From: PVC group bacterium
GTDB lineage: Bacteria; Auribacterota; Erginobacteria; Erginobacterales; Erginobacteraceae
Assembly (NCBI GenBank): GCA_043804695.1
Contig: JAZDIV010000040.1
Span: 1-47,483, forward strand
Length of the DNA stretch: 47,483 nucleotides
Direction: 5' to 3'
Every line of letters starts with the position of its first letter. Within the stretch, counting starts at the first letter, position 1. Of the stretch, positions 28,252-36,398 are shown one piece after another. The notes beneath the pieces were generated by a model that worked only from the letters and a program-made list of their open reading frames with translations, did not search any database and was not told the origin of the DNA. The translations under genes were made by a program, and so were the position numbers.

Positions 28252-30511
28252 ACCCGGCCCGGTCCGCCCGGCCGGTTCCCTCCGCGGCCGTCACTCCCCA
28301 CGGATGGCTGAAAACTTCCTCCCGGAAGAAAGTCACCAGCGCCTGCTTGCGGGCCCGTTCCTGCACATGGTAGGGCATCAGCGACGACGGCGACCAGCGC
28401 AGCAGTGACATCTCATAATCCATCATCCCACCGTAGGCGTCGTCCAGGTACCAGGCGTACAGCAGCCCGAAAAGGAGACCGGGGGGCAAAAACCCCTCCC
28501 GGTCGTTGATGGTGATCCGGTAGACAAGCTCGTCGTCCTCGTCCGGCGCCAGTCGGGCCAGCCGGAGATAGGCGTGGAGCTGGGCGTCGGTCAGGAAGCA
28601 CTCCCGCTGAGAAGGCGGACGGAGGCGGATCTCGTAGCAGCGGGCCGCGGGGTCGTCGCCCCGCGTCCACCGCCGGCTCTCCAGATAGCGGCCCAGGAGC
28701 GACTCGCCGAGGGCGATCAGAAGGTCTTCCTGAAGACGCAGCGGAGTGGCCAGAAGCCGCCGGTGAATTTTCAAGGTCCGGTCTTCCGGGTCGTAATAGC
28801 CGAGCACGTTATCCCATTCGGTGGAGCGGCCCCACTCCCCGGACCCCACCAGGCGGACCCCGGTGAAAAACGAGAAATGAGCGGGGCGGATGTCCCGGTT
28901 TTCCCAGGCCAGATCGATCATGCATCCTCTGAGCAGCCGGGGCTGGAACCGCTTTCCCCGCAGGGCGACCTCCATCGTCTCCAGGTACTCGCAGAGCGGG
29001 GGGCGGCGGGCGCGCTGCCGGCACCGGTCTTCCCCGGGGCGTTGGCCACCGCGGATTCTCCCCTTCCGCCCTCCGGTTAGAAACCGGTGGGCGCAAAAAA
29101 GAGTGCGGACGGCGAGGGCGCAGTTGACGGCATCATGGTGGATCACCGACGGCTGCCGGGACCGCGGGGGAGGGAAGAGCATCGCTTCCACCGAGCGGAA
29201 CCCCATCGCCTCCACCCGCCGCCGGTCCAGGTGAATGGGGATCTTCCCCTCCAGGGCGTAATTCCGAAGGATATTGGCGGGCACATGATCAAGGCTGGCG
29301 CTCAGAACCGCATCAAACAGCCCCCCAATCCCGCCCGGGATGTTGCGGTCATAGGCCTCCATCAGCTCGGAGACCAGAAACCCGCGCCCCTCTCCCCGGG
29401 GCGAGAGATCGGTCTCGCCTTCCTGGATCCAGAAATTTGCCGTCAGCACTTTCAAGGCCCGCCGGTTGCCGCGGACGGCATCAACCAGGGGGCGGATCTG
29501 GAGGAGGGGGATCATGCTGGTGTACAGGCTGCCCGGAGCGTAGACGATCAGGTCGGCCTCCCGGATCGCCCGCAGCACGGCGGGGGGAACCGCCGGCTTC
29601 CGGATGAACTCGGCCGTCACCCGCTCGACCGGGAAACCACGGCGGGCCCGGGCCGACTTGCGCTGCCCGTAAACCTCAACCCCGTTGGCGTATCGGAATT
29701 TCAGCTGGCCGGGGATGGTGGTGGCCGGGTGCAGGCGGCCGGGAGTCACCCCGATCATCCGGGCCACCTCGTCCAGCCCCTTCCTCGTTGCCCCCGGCGA
29801 AGGAGGGCGGTCGGCCCGCCCCGCCGCCCGGAAGATGGCGGCCGTCAGGAGCAGGTTGCCCAGGCAGTGCCCCTCCGGCCGGACGGTCGGACCCGATCCT
29901 CCAGGGGAAAGATACGCGCCGAGGGGAGAGAAGTAGGAAGCGAGAGCGGGCGGGCACCAGCGCCGCCAGGAAACGGGCACCGCCAGGAGCGGGTCGCGCA
30001 GAACGCGGAAGCCTCCCCGGCGGGCCGGGAAGCGATGGTTGAAGATCCGCTCCAGCACCCGGACCAGATCCAGCACCTCCCGGTCATTCAGCCGCCAGCG
30101 GCGGCGCAGGTTCCCGGCCCGGATCAGGGAGAGGCAGGACTTCCGCAGGTCGCCGATTCCGATCATCGGCAGCTGCCGGAGCAGACGGCCGGTCGAACCG
30201 CCGTCGTCGGTCGTCACCACCACCACGCTCAGGCGGGGGAAGGTCTCTTTCAGCCCCACAAAAGGGTGATTCGGCCAGTCCGACAGACGGGAATCCCCCC
30301 CCACCACGGTGGAGAGTCCCGTCCCGCCGCCCAGGACTACCACCCGGGTATCCCCGGTGTGAAAACGGAGTATGCGCTCGATCAGCCGGTCCGCTTCCCG
30401 GGGGAAAGACGCGGCGGCGAAGGAGCTTTTCAGCATCGCTTCGATCAGCTTTTCCGCCGACACCCGCCCCGTCCCGGAAGGCCGCGGTGCCGAATCTTTT
30501 GTTGTCTTCAT
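28211..30511 (-). CDS. yvcK: YvcK/GlmR (UPF0052, CofD-like) family protein with long C-terminal extension
   Basis: VVLGGGTGLS, TTDDGGSTG.L, GDLR, GHCLGNL, ADLIVYAPGSLYTS, HHD. 766 aa. Confidence 0.85.
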   Translation of the reverse strand: MKTTKDSAPRPSGTGRVSAEKLIEAMLKSSFAAASFPREADRLIERILRFHTGDTRVVVLGGGTGLSTVVGGDSRLSDWPNHPFVGLKETFPRLSVVVVTTDDGGSTGRLLRQLPMIGIGDLRKSCLSLIRAGNLRRRWRLNDREVLDLVRVLERIFNHRFPARRGGFRVLRDPLLAVPVSWRRWCPPALASYFSPLGAYLSPGGSGPTVRPEGHCLGNLLLTAAIFRAAGRADRPPSPGATRKGLDEVARMIGVTPGRLHPATTIPGQLKFRYANGVEVYGQRKSARARRGFPVERVTAEFIRKPAVPPAVLRAIREADLIVYAPGSLYTSMIPLLQIRPLVDAVRGNRRALKVLTANFWIQEGETDLSPRGEGRGFLVSELMEAYDRNIPGGIGGLFDAVLSASLDHVPANILRNYALEGKIPIHLDRRRVEAMGFRSVEAMLFPPPRSRQPSVIHHDAVNCALAVRTLFCAHRFLTGGRKGRIRGGQRPGEDRCRQRARRPPLCEYLETMEVALRGKRFQPRLLRGCMIDLAWENRDIRPAHFSFFTGVRLVGSGEWGRSTEWDNVLGYYDPEDRTLKIHRRLLATPLRLQEDLLIALGESLLGRYLESRRWTRGDDPAARCYEIRLRPPSQRECFLTDAQLHAYLRLARLAPDEDDELVYRITINDREGFLPPGLLFGLLYAWYLDDAYGGMMDYEMSLLRWSPSSLMPYHVQERARKQALVTFFREEVFSHPWGVTAAEGTGRADRAGFTGKRGAGQAPGG

Positions 30512-30640
30512 CGCGCCGTAATACTATATCCGGCCGCGGAAGAGCGCAAGCCCGAAACTCCCCCCCCGCCCGCCCTTTTAACAGACGATCGAATGTGATT
30601 GAATGTAACGGGCCTCCCCGAGGTCCCCGAGCGCAGAGCA

Positions 30641-30714
30641 CACTGATTACTGATTACTGATTACCGATTACTGATCACCGCTCACTGATCACCGCTCACT
30701 GATTACCGATCACT
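30641..30714. repeat. Heptamer tandem repeat C(T/C)G(A/C)T(T/C)A, about 10 copies
   Basis: ctgatta ctgatta ctgatta ccgatta ctgatca ccgctca ctgatca ccgctca ctgatta ccgatca. Confidence 0.9.
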
Positions 30715-30761
30715 CGAATCCTTGACTGTACTCTCTCCCCCAAGCATGGCATCATTCCCGC

Positions 30762-31679
30762 GTGCACGCGCCGGACCATAAGATCGTCTCGATCCTGAAG
30801 GAAACCGGGCCCCTGACCGGGGGAGAACTGGCCCGGCGGTCCCTGATCGACCTCTTCACCCTCTGGCAGATCTGCCGGAAATCGGCCGGCGTTCAGTGCC
30901 GGATTGCCGGGCGGCGGTTTCTCCGGCTGGACCGGTTCGTGGAAGGCTACGCGCGGCTCTCGCCCTCGATCGGGAGAGAGTTCCAGACCTACACCGTGGT
31001 CGGCGCGGCCGGTCAGGGGGGGGCGCTCGAGGAAACCGCCCGCCGGCTGGGAGAGGAGATCGGGGAGATCAGCCGGGCCAAGTTCGGCCTGGCCCGGGAG
31101 ACCATGGCCTCGGTCCTGGGGTCGCTCCCGGAGCGGGAGGCAATCACTGAAGGGGCGTGCTTCATTCTGGCCGGGGATATCACCTACCGGATGGCCCACC
31201 GGGACCCCCGGCCGGAGAAAAGCACCGGCAAGACGGTCCGGGGATCGGACCTCGACATCGTGGTGGTGGCCGGGGATGGACTTGATCAGGCGGCGATCGC
31301 CTCTCTCGACCGGGCCATCCACGACCGCAAGTATCTCCTGCTCGTCCATCCGCGATACCGAGAAGAGATCGACTACCTGATCAAGACCGTCTCCCGGGTC
31401 CGCGCCCAGTTACGGCTCGAGACGTTCGAGTCGATGGTCGCCGGCAAGATTCTGAACGAGGGGCTTTTTCTCTGCGGCAACCCCCGGATCTTCCAGATGG
31501 TAAAACAGATGATCCGGGAGGAGGGCCTGCCGGACAAATTCGGGGAGTTGACCGTTCAGGCCCGCCGGAACCGGGAGCAGGCGGAGGATTATCTCCTGAA
31601 GCTCCAATCCGACCTCGCCGCCCCCGAATACCGGGACCTTTTCCACACCCGGGAAGAAAGCCTGGAGGGCCTGTACTGA
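30762..31679 (+). CDS. Hypothetical protein: N-terminal wHTH-like region plus Pol-beta-like nucleotidyltransferase motif
   Basis: ILKETGPLTGGELA, LAGD...GSDLDIVVV, EIDYLI. ORF is solid, functional call is tentative. Confidence 0.65.
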   Translation: MHAPDHKIVSILKETGPLTGGELARRSLIDLFTLWQICRKSAGVQCRIAGRRFLRLDRFVEGYARLSPSIGREFQTYTVVGAAGQGGALEETARRLGEEIGEISRAKFGLARETMASVLGSLPEREAITEGACFILAGDITYRMAHRDPRPEKSTGKTVRGSDLDIVVVAGDGLDQAAIASLDRAIHDRKYLLLVHPRYREEIDYLIKTVSRVRAQLRLETFESMVAGKILNEGLFLCGNPRIFQMVKQMIREEGLPDKFGELTVQARRNREQAEDYLLKLQSDLAAPEYRDLFHTREESLEGLY

Positions 31680-31737
31680 AGCCGCCCGGATCGGGGTCGT
31701 CATCCATCATTCCACACGTTATAGATGGCAATCCGGG

Positions 31738-32766
31738 CTACACCAGCCGGCCAGCCGCCGGGTCCCGGCGGAAAGCGATGTTCTCAACCGGCACCGAGGC
31801 CGACCGCGAGCTGACATCCTCCACCTCGATCCCCCGTTTTTCTACCGCCGGCAACTTCGCCAGCACCTCCGCCGCCGCGGCCCGGTCCAGAACATAGATC
31901 ACGTCCCTTCCCTCCCGGACGGCCCGATGCCCGTACGATATCGGGACCGAGCAATCCGGCTCCATCAGGAGCGACCGTGCGAGCGGCTCCGCCTTGCGCG
32001 GCCCGTTGGCGACCAGTAGCACCGTTTGAGCCCGGTAAACCAGGGGGGCGCTCATCGAGACCGCATAGCGGGGGCTCGAGTCCCGGTCCGGGAAGTGCCC
32101 GTCGGCGATCGCGTTCTCGATCGTATTGTCGTCGAGCCGGACCAGGAGCATACCCTGGTCATCGAAGGGGATGCCGGCCTCGTGAAATCCGACGTGGCCC
32201 CGCCCGCCGACACCGATCAGGTGAAGATCGATCCCGCCCCCCGCCTCGATCTTCGACTGGTAAGCGTCTAAAATGTCCCGGCGGATCCGGCGCAGGCAGG
32301 GGGAGACGGCCTCGGCCCCGATCACGATCGCCCGGCCCCGGTCCCCGCCCCGCTCTTTCCAGTCAGCCGGGTGATCGGCCAGCGCGGAGATCAGTTCTTC
32401 CTGCTCGATCACGGTCGCGGCCGGGAGATTGGCCTCCCGGAACCTGGTCCGGAGCAGGCCGAAAAGTTCCTGGATCATGAAAAAGCAATAACTCTCCGGG
32501 TGGAGGGCCCGCTGCTGGGCGTTCTCGCCGGGCAGGCCGACATACTCGTCGAGGTTGAAGCTGGTCACCCGGGCGGGGTCAAACCCGCCCCCGTTGGCGA
32601 TCTTGGCCAGATGCTTGTAGAGCCCGGTCGGCGTGTTCCCGGTCGCCAGGCCGAGGCGGACGCCGTTCTTCGCCGCCAGGTTTTGCTGAATGTTTCCGGC
32701 CATGATCCCGGCCGCCGCCTCGCTCATGTGATCGAAGTCGCGGGTGATGATAACCTTGAAGCCCAT
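31738..32766 (-). CDS. nagB: Glucosamine-6-phosphate deaminase/isomerase family protein, long variant
   Basis: GLATGNTP, FNLDEYVGL, HPESY, GGIDL..IGVG.RGHVGFHE. Confidence 0.8.
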   Translation of the reverse strand: MGFKVIITRDFDHMSEAAAGIMAGNIQQNLAAKNGVRLGLATGNTPTGLYKHLAKIANGGGFDPARVTSFNLDEYVGLPGENAQQRALHPESYCFFMIQELFGLLRTRFREANLPAATVIEQEELISALADHPADWKERGGDRGRAIVIGAEAVSPCLRRIRRDILDAYQSKIEAGGGIDLHLIGVGGRGHVGFHEAGIPFDDQGMLLVRLDDNTIENAIADGHFPDRDSSPRYAVSMSAPLVYRAQTVLLVANGPRKAEPLARSLLMEPDCSVPISYGHRAVREGRDVIYVLDRAAAAEVLAKLPAVEKRGIEVEDVSSRSASVPVENIAFRRDPAAGRLV

Positions 32767-32890
32767 TCCTGTTTCTCCTTATTCGAATTTCCCCTGAGTC
32801 AGCCGCTCCAACCGGTCCGTCGGATCCGACTGATCGGTCCGGTCATTTTTTTGCCCCCCGGGCGCTCGGCGCCATACTCTCTGCGCTTGC

Positions 32891-34243
32891 TCACCCGATC
32901 GCCTTCTTAACCGCCTCGACCAGGAATAAACAGAGCCGCTCGGTCATTTCATCGGTGGGCCCCTCGACCATCACCCGGCACATCGACTGGGTGCCCGAGT
33001 AGCGGAGGAGAACCCGCCCCTTCCCTTTCAGCCTCCCCTCCGCTTCCCGAAGCGCCTCCTGGACCCCGGGCAGCGTTTCCAGGGAGGGCTTGTTCTTCAC
33101 CTCGACATTGATCAGTTTCTGGGGGAAAAGCTTCATCAGCCGGGCCAGGGAGGAAAGCGGCTTCTTATAGAGCCGGAGGGCGGAGAGGAGCTGGAGGGCG
33201 GCGATGATCCCGTCCCCGGTGGTGTGGTGGTTGAGAAAGATGATGTGCCCCGATTCCTCCCCGCCGAGGATCGCGCCCTTGTCCTGCATCATCTCCAGAA
33301 CGTAGCGGTCTCCCACCTTGCTCGCCCCGTACTTGATGCCGAGCTTCTTCAGGGCGAGGCCGAAACCGAAGTTGCTCATCACCGTGGAGATCACCAGGTT
33401 GTTCTTGAGCTTCCCCGCTTCCTTGTACATCCTGGCGCAGATGGTCATGATCTGGTCGCCGGTGGTCACCCTCCCCTTCTCGTCCACGGCGATCAGCCGG
33501 TCGCCGTCGCCGTCAAAGGCCAGTCCGATCTGGGCCTTTTCCGCCACCACCCGGGACCGCAGGTCCTCGGTGTGCTGGGAACCGCAGCGGTCGTTGATGT
33601 TGATCCCGTCGGGGTCGTCGTGAATGGTGATCACCTCCGCCCCCAGTTCCGAGAAGATGATCGGCGCCACCTTGTAGGTCGCCCCGTTGGCGCAGTCAAG
33701 AACGATCCTCATACCCTCCAGGCTCCGCTCTTCCGGGAACGTGTTCTTGCAGAAGACAATGTAGCGCCCGATCGCGTCCTCAATCCGCCGCGCTTTCCCG
33801 ATTTCCCGGGCGGTGGGCCGGATATCCCGGATCTGCCCGGTCAGGATCAAACCCTCGATCTCGTCTTCTTCCGCGTCGGGGAGTTTGTAACCGGTGCGGG
33901 AAAAGATCTTGATCCCGTTGTCCTGGTAAGGGTTATGGGAGGCGGAGATGACCACGCCGGCGTCCGCCCGCATGTTGCGGGTGATGAAGGCGATCCCGGG
34001 GGTGGGCATCGGCCCCACCAGCAGGACGTCAACCCCCATCGAGCAGATCCCCGCGGTGAGGGCGTTTTCAACCATGTAGCCGCTGACCCGGGTATCCTTC
34101 CCGATCACGATCCGGTGCCGGCGGTCCCGGTGCAGCTTGCAGACGTGGGCGGTCGCCCTCCCGATCTCGAGGATCATCTCGGCGGTCATGGGGGCGATGT
34201 TGGCGATCCCCCGCACGCCGTCGGTGCCGAATAATTTTCCCAT
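32891..34243 (-). CDS. glmM: Phosphoglucosamine mutase
   Basis: FGTDGVRG, ISASHNP, DGDGDR, VGDRYV, GGEESGH, RYSGT. Confidence 0.97.
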   Translation of the reverse strand: MGKLFGTDGVRGIANIAPMTAEMILEIGRATAHVCKLHRDRRHRIVIGKDTRVSGYMVENALTAGICSMGVDVLLVGPMPTPGIAFITRNMRADAGVVISASHNPYQDNGIKIFSRTGYKLPDAEEDEIEGLILTGQIRDIRPTAREIGKARRIEDAIGRYIVFCKNTFPEERSLEGMRIVLDCANGATYKVAPIIFSELGAEVITIHDDPDGININDRCGSQHTEDLRSRVVAEKAQIGLAFDGDGDRLIAVDEKGRVTTGDQIMTICARMYKEAGKLKNNLVISTVMSNFGFGLALKKLGIKYGASKVGDRYVLEMMQDKGAILGGEESGHIIFLNHHTTGDGIIAALQLLSALRLYKKPLSSLARLMKLFPQKLINVEVKNKPSLETLPGVQEALREAEGRLKGKGRVLLRYSGTQSMCRVMVEGPTDEMTERLCLFLVEAVKKAIG

Positions 34244-34277
34244 TGCCGTTCCTCCTTTTGCGCTTTTTTCACGGGCG

Positions 34278-34329
34278 ATTAACCCGATTTATTCCTGTCT
34301 GCCGACAGGCAGGCATAAATCGGGTTAGT
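34278..34329. repeat. Hairpin upstream of glmM with CCTGTCTGCCGACAGGCAGG core
   Basis: TAACCCGATTTAT ... ATAAATCGGGTTA arms. Confidence 0.75.
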
Positions 34330-34537
34330 TTTGAACCATGACAAAGATTAAATGAACAGCCACACGAAAAGATAATGATTTTATCAAATTCTTTGGCAAC
34401 GAATTACAGCCAAAGGTCTATTTCTATCGGCAGCGTTAACAGAAAGAATAGCAGGTTGTCCTTCCGGAGAAGAAAAAGCAGAGTGCTGTAGCCGCATAAA
34501 CAAGATTGCTATTCATAATACATTGAACGAAAATTAG

Positions 34538-34588
34538 TAACCTGGATTATTCATGAAAATATTTAATTTTCATGAATAATCCAGGTTA
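34538..34588. repeat. 23-bp perfect inverted repeat just after a stop codon
   Basis: TAACCTGGATTATTCATGAAAAT-attta-ATTTTCATGAATAATCCAGGTTA. Confidence 0.9.
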
Positions 34589-34589
34589 A

Positions 34590-36266
34590 TCACTGTTTAC
34601 CGTCCTCCAGATACCTGTACCGTTTGATCTTATGAGTCGGGGTCTTCTCGAAGGCGTCGCCGTGGAGGCGGATCTCCGCGATCCGGCAGTAGCCCGACAG
34701 CTTCCGGTTGGCCTCCTGGCGGTTCTCTTCCATCTTCTTTTTCAGCCACTCGATGTTGTCTTCCGCCCCTTTCCGGCGGGCGTCGACCGCATCCCAGTCC
34801 GGGTAGACCAGGGCAATCAGTCGGTCATTCTCCGCCACCACTAAAGACTCCTGCACGAAAGGCATCGCGTTCAGCCGGCTCTCGATCTCCTCCGGGTAGA
34901 TGTTCTGGCCGGAGGGCCCCAGAATCATATGCTTGCACCGGCCTTTGATGAAGACAAACCCATCGGCATCGAGGAGGCCCAGGTCGCCGGTCCGGAGCCA
35001 TCCTTCCCCGTCCAGCACCTCCCGGGTCGCCTCGCTGTTCTTGTAATAGCCAAGCATGACCCCGGGGCCCCGGACCATGATCTCACCCACCACCCGGAGG
35101 GGGTCGGGGGAATCGATCTTTAATTCCAGGCTGGGGATCGCCCGGCCGACCGACTGGATCCGGTGCTCATACCAGGGAGCGTAACTGATCAGGGGACCGC
35201 ATTCGGTCATCCCGTAGCCGACGGTGATGGGTATCCCGATCTTTTTCAGGAAGATCTCCACTTCGTCGTTGAGCGCCGCGCCGCCGATAATGATCTCCTT
35301 GAAGTTCCCCCCGAACGTCTCCGTCAGTTTTTTCCTGATCAGGGCGCCGATCACCCGCGAGATCCCCGGGACCCGGGTCAGCAGGCGAAAAAGAGGCCGG
35401 CCGAGCAGGGGAGCGATCCGCTTCTTGTAAAGCTTCTCGATGATCAGGGGGACGAAGAGGATGAGGCTCGGCCGAATCTCCGCGAAAGCCTCGATCAGAA
35501 CCTTGGGGGTCGGCATCCGGCCCAGAAACGTCAGGTGGCAGCCCATCGTGAAGGGGAAGAGCAGATCAAAACTGCAGGCGTAGGCATGGGCCAGGGGAAG
35601 AAAACTGAGAAGCCGCTCGGTCATGTTCAGACGGATGTTTTCGCGGGCGTAGGTGATGTTGGCCAGAAGGCTCCGGAAGGGGATCATGACCCCTTTCGAG
35701 AAGCCGGAGGTGCCCGAGGTATAGACCAGGGCCGACAGCTCGTTCTCATCCCGGCCGGGGGGGAGCGAGAAACTTTCCGCGGTCATCTCCGCGATCCGGC
35801 CCCCTGCTTCCCTGGCAATCTCCCGGACCTCGTCCGGCAGATGCCTGTCCCGGTGGTAGCGCAGCTCCCGGGTGTCCAGAGAGACAATCGTTCGCAGATT
35901 CTCCAGCCGCTCCTCGTCGACCCGGGCGGCGATTTCGTCGGTCGCGAAAAGGATCAGGCTCCCGGAGTGGCTGATGATGTGCTGGATATCCTCATCGTGG
36001 AAATCGGCGAGAATGGGAACGATCACCGCTCCGTAGGTGACCGCCGCCAGATAGACGATCGCCCAGTTAACCGAATTGGCGCCGACCAGAGCTATTTTGT
36101 CACCCTGCCTGATGAACCGGCCGGCGAAAATAGCGTGAAGCAGGAGTATCTTTTTCCCCACCTCCCCGTAGGTGAGGGTTCCCTTCCCGTAATCGGTCAG
36201 GGCGGGAGAATCCCAGTTCCGGATGATGCTCTCCTCGAACAGCCGGTTGAACAAAGTTTTCTGCAC
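34590..36266 (-). CDS. Long-chain fatty-acid--CoA ligase (AMP-binding)
   Basis: YTSGTSGFSKG, GYGMTE, WLRTGDLG, GQNIYPEEIE, KTPTHKIKR. Confidence 0.93.
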   Translation of the reverse strand: MQKTLFNRLFEESIIRNWDSPALTDYGKGTLTYGEVGKKILLLHAIFAGRFIRQGDKIALVGANSVNWAIVYLAAVTYGAVIVPILADFHDEDIQHIISHSGSLILFATDEIAARVDEERLENLRTIVSLDTRELRYHRDRHLPDEVREIAREAGGRIAEMTAESFSLPPGRDENELSALVYTSGTSGFSKGVMIPFRSLLANITYARENIRLNMTERLLSFLPLAHAYACSFDLLFPFTMGCHLTFLGRMPTPKVLIEAFAEIRPSLILFVPLIIEKLYKKRIAPLLGRPLFRLLTRVPGISRVIGALIRKKLTETFGGNFKEIIIGGAALNDEVEIFLKKIGIPITVGYGMTECGPLISYAPWYEHRIQSVGRAIPSLELKIDSPDPLRVVGEIMVRGPGVMLGYYKNSEATREVLDGEGWLRTGDLGLLDADGFVFIKGRCKHMILGPSGQNIYPEEIESRLNAMPFVQESLVVAENDRLIALVYPDWDAVDARRKGAEDNIEWLKKKMEENRQEANRKLSGYCRIAEIRLHGDAFEKTPTHKIKRYRYLEDGKQ

Positions 36267-36398
36267 AGGAAAACTATACCACGATATTATTTTTGCTACG
36301 CAAAAATAATATTTATTGAACTTTTAGTCTACAGATAATAAGTACTCCAGCGGGATGATTCTTATAAATTTGGGCCGATGGCGCTAATTTATAGTGAA

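Noticed and set aside
30762..31679. MNT-HEPN toxin-antitoxin or CBASS cyclase
   Set aside because: No HEPN partner or CBASS effector adjacent, and the context is amino-sugar metabolism.
34244..34589. glmS ribozyme upstream of glmM
   Set aside because: I could not find the conserved ribozyme core. The hairpins here resemble generic palindromic repeats.
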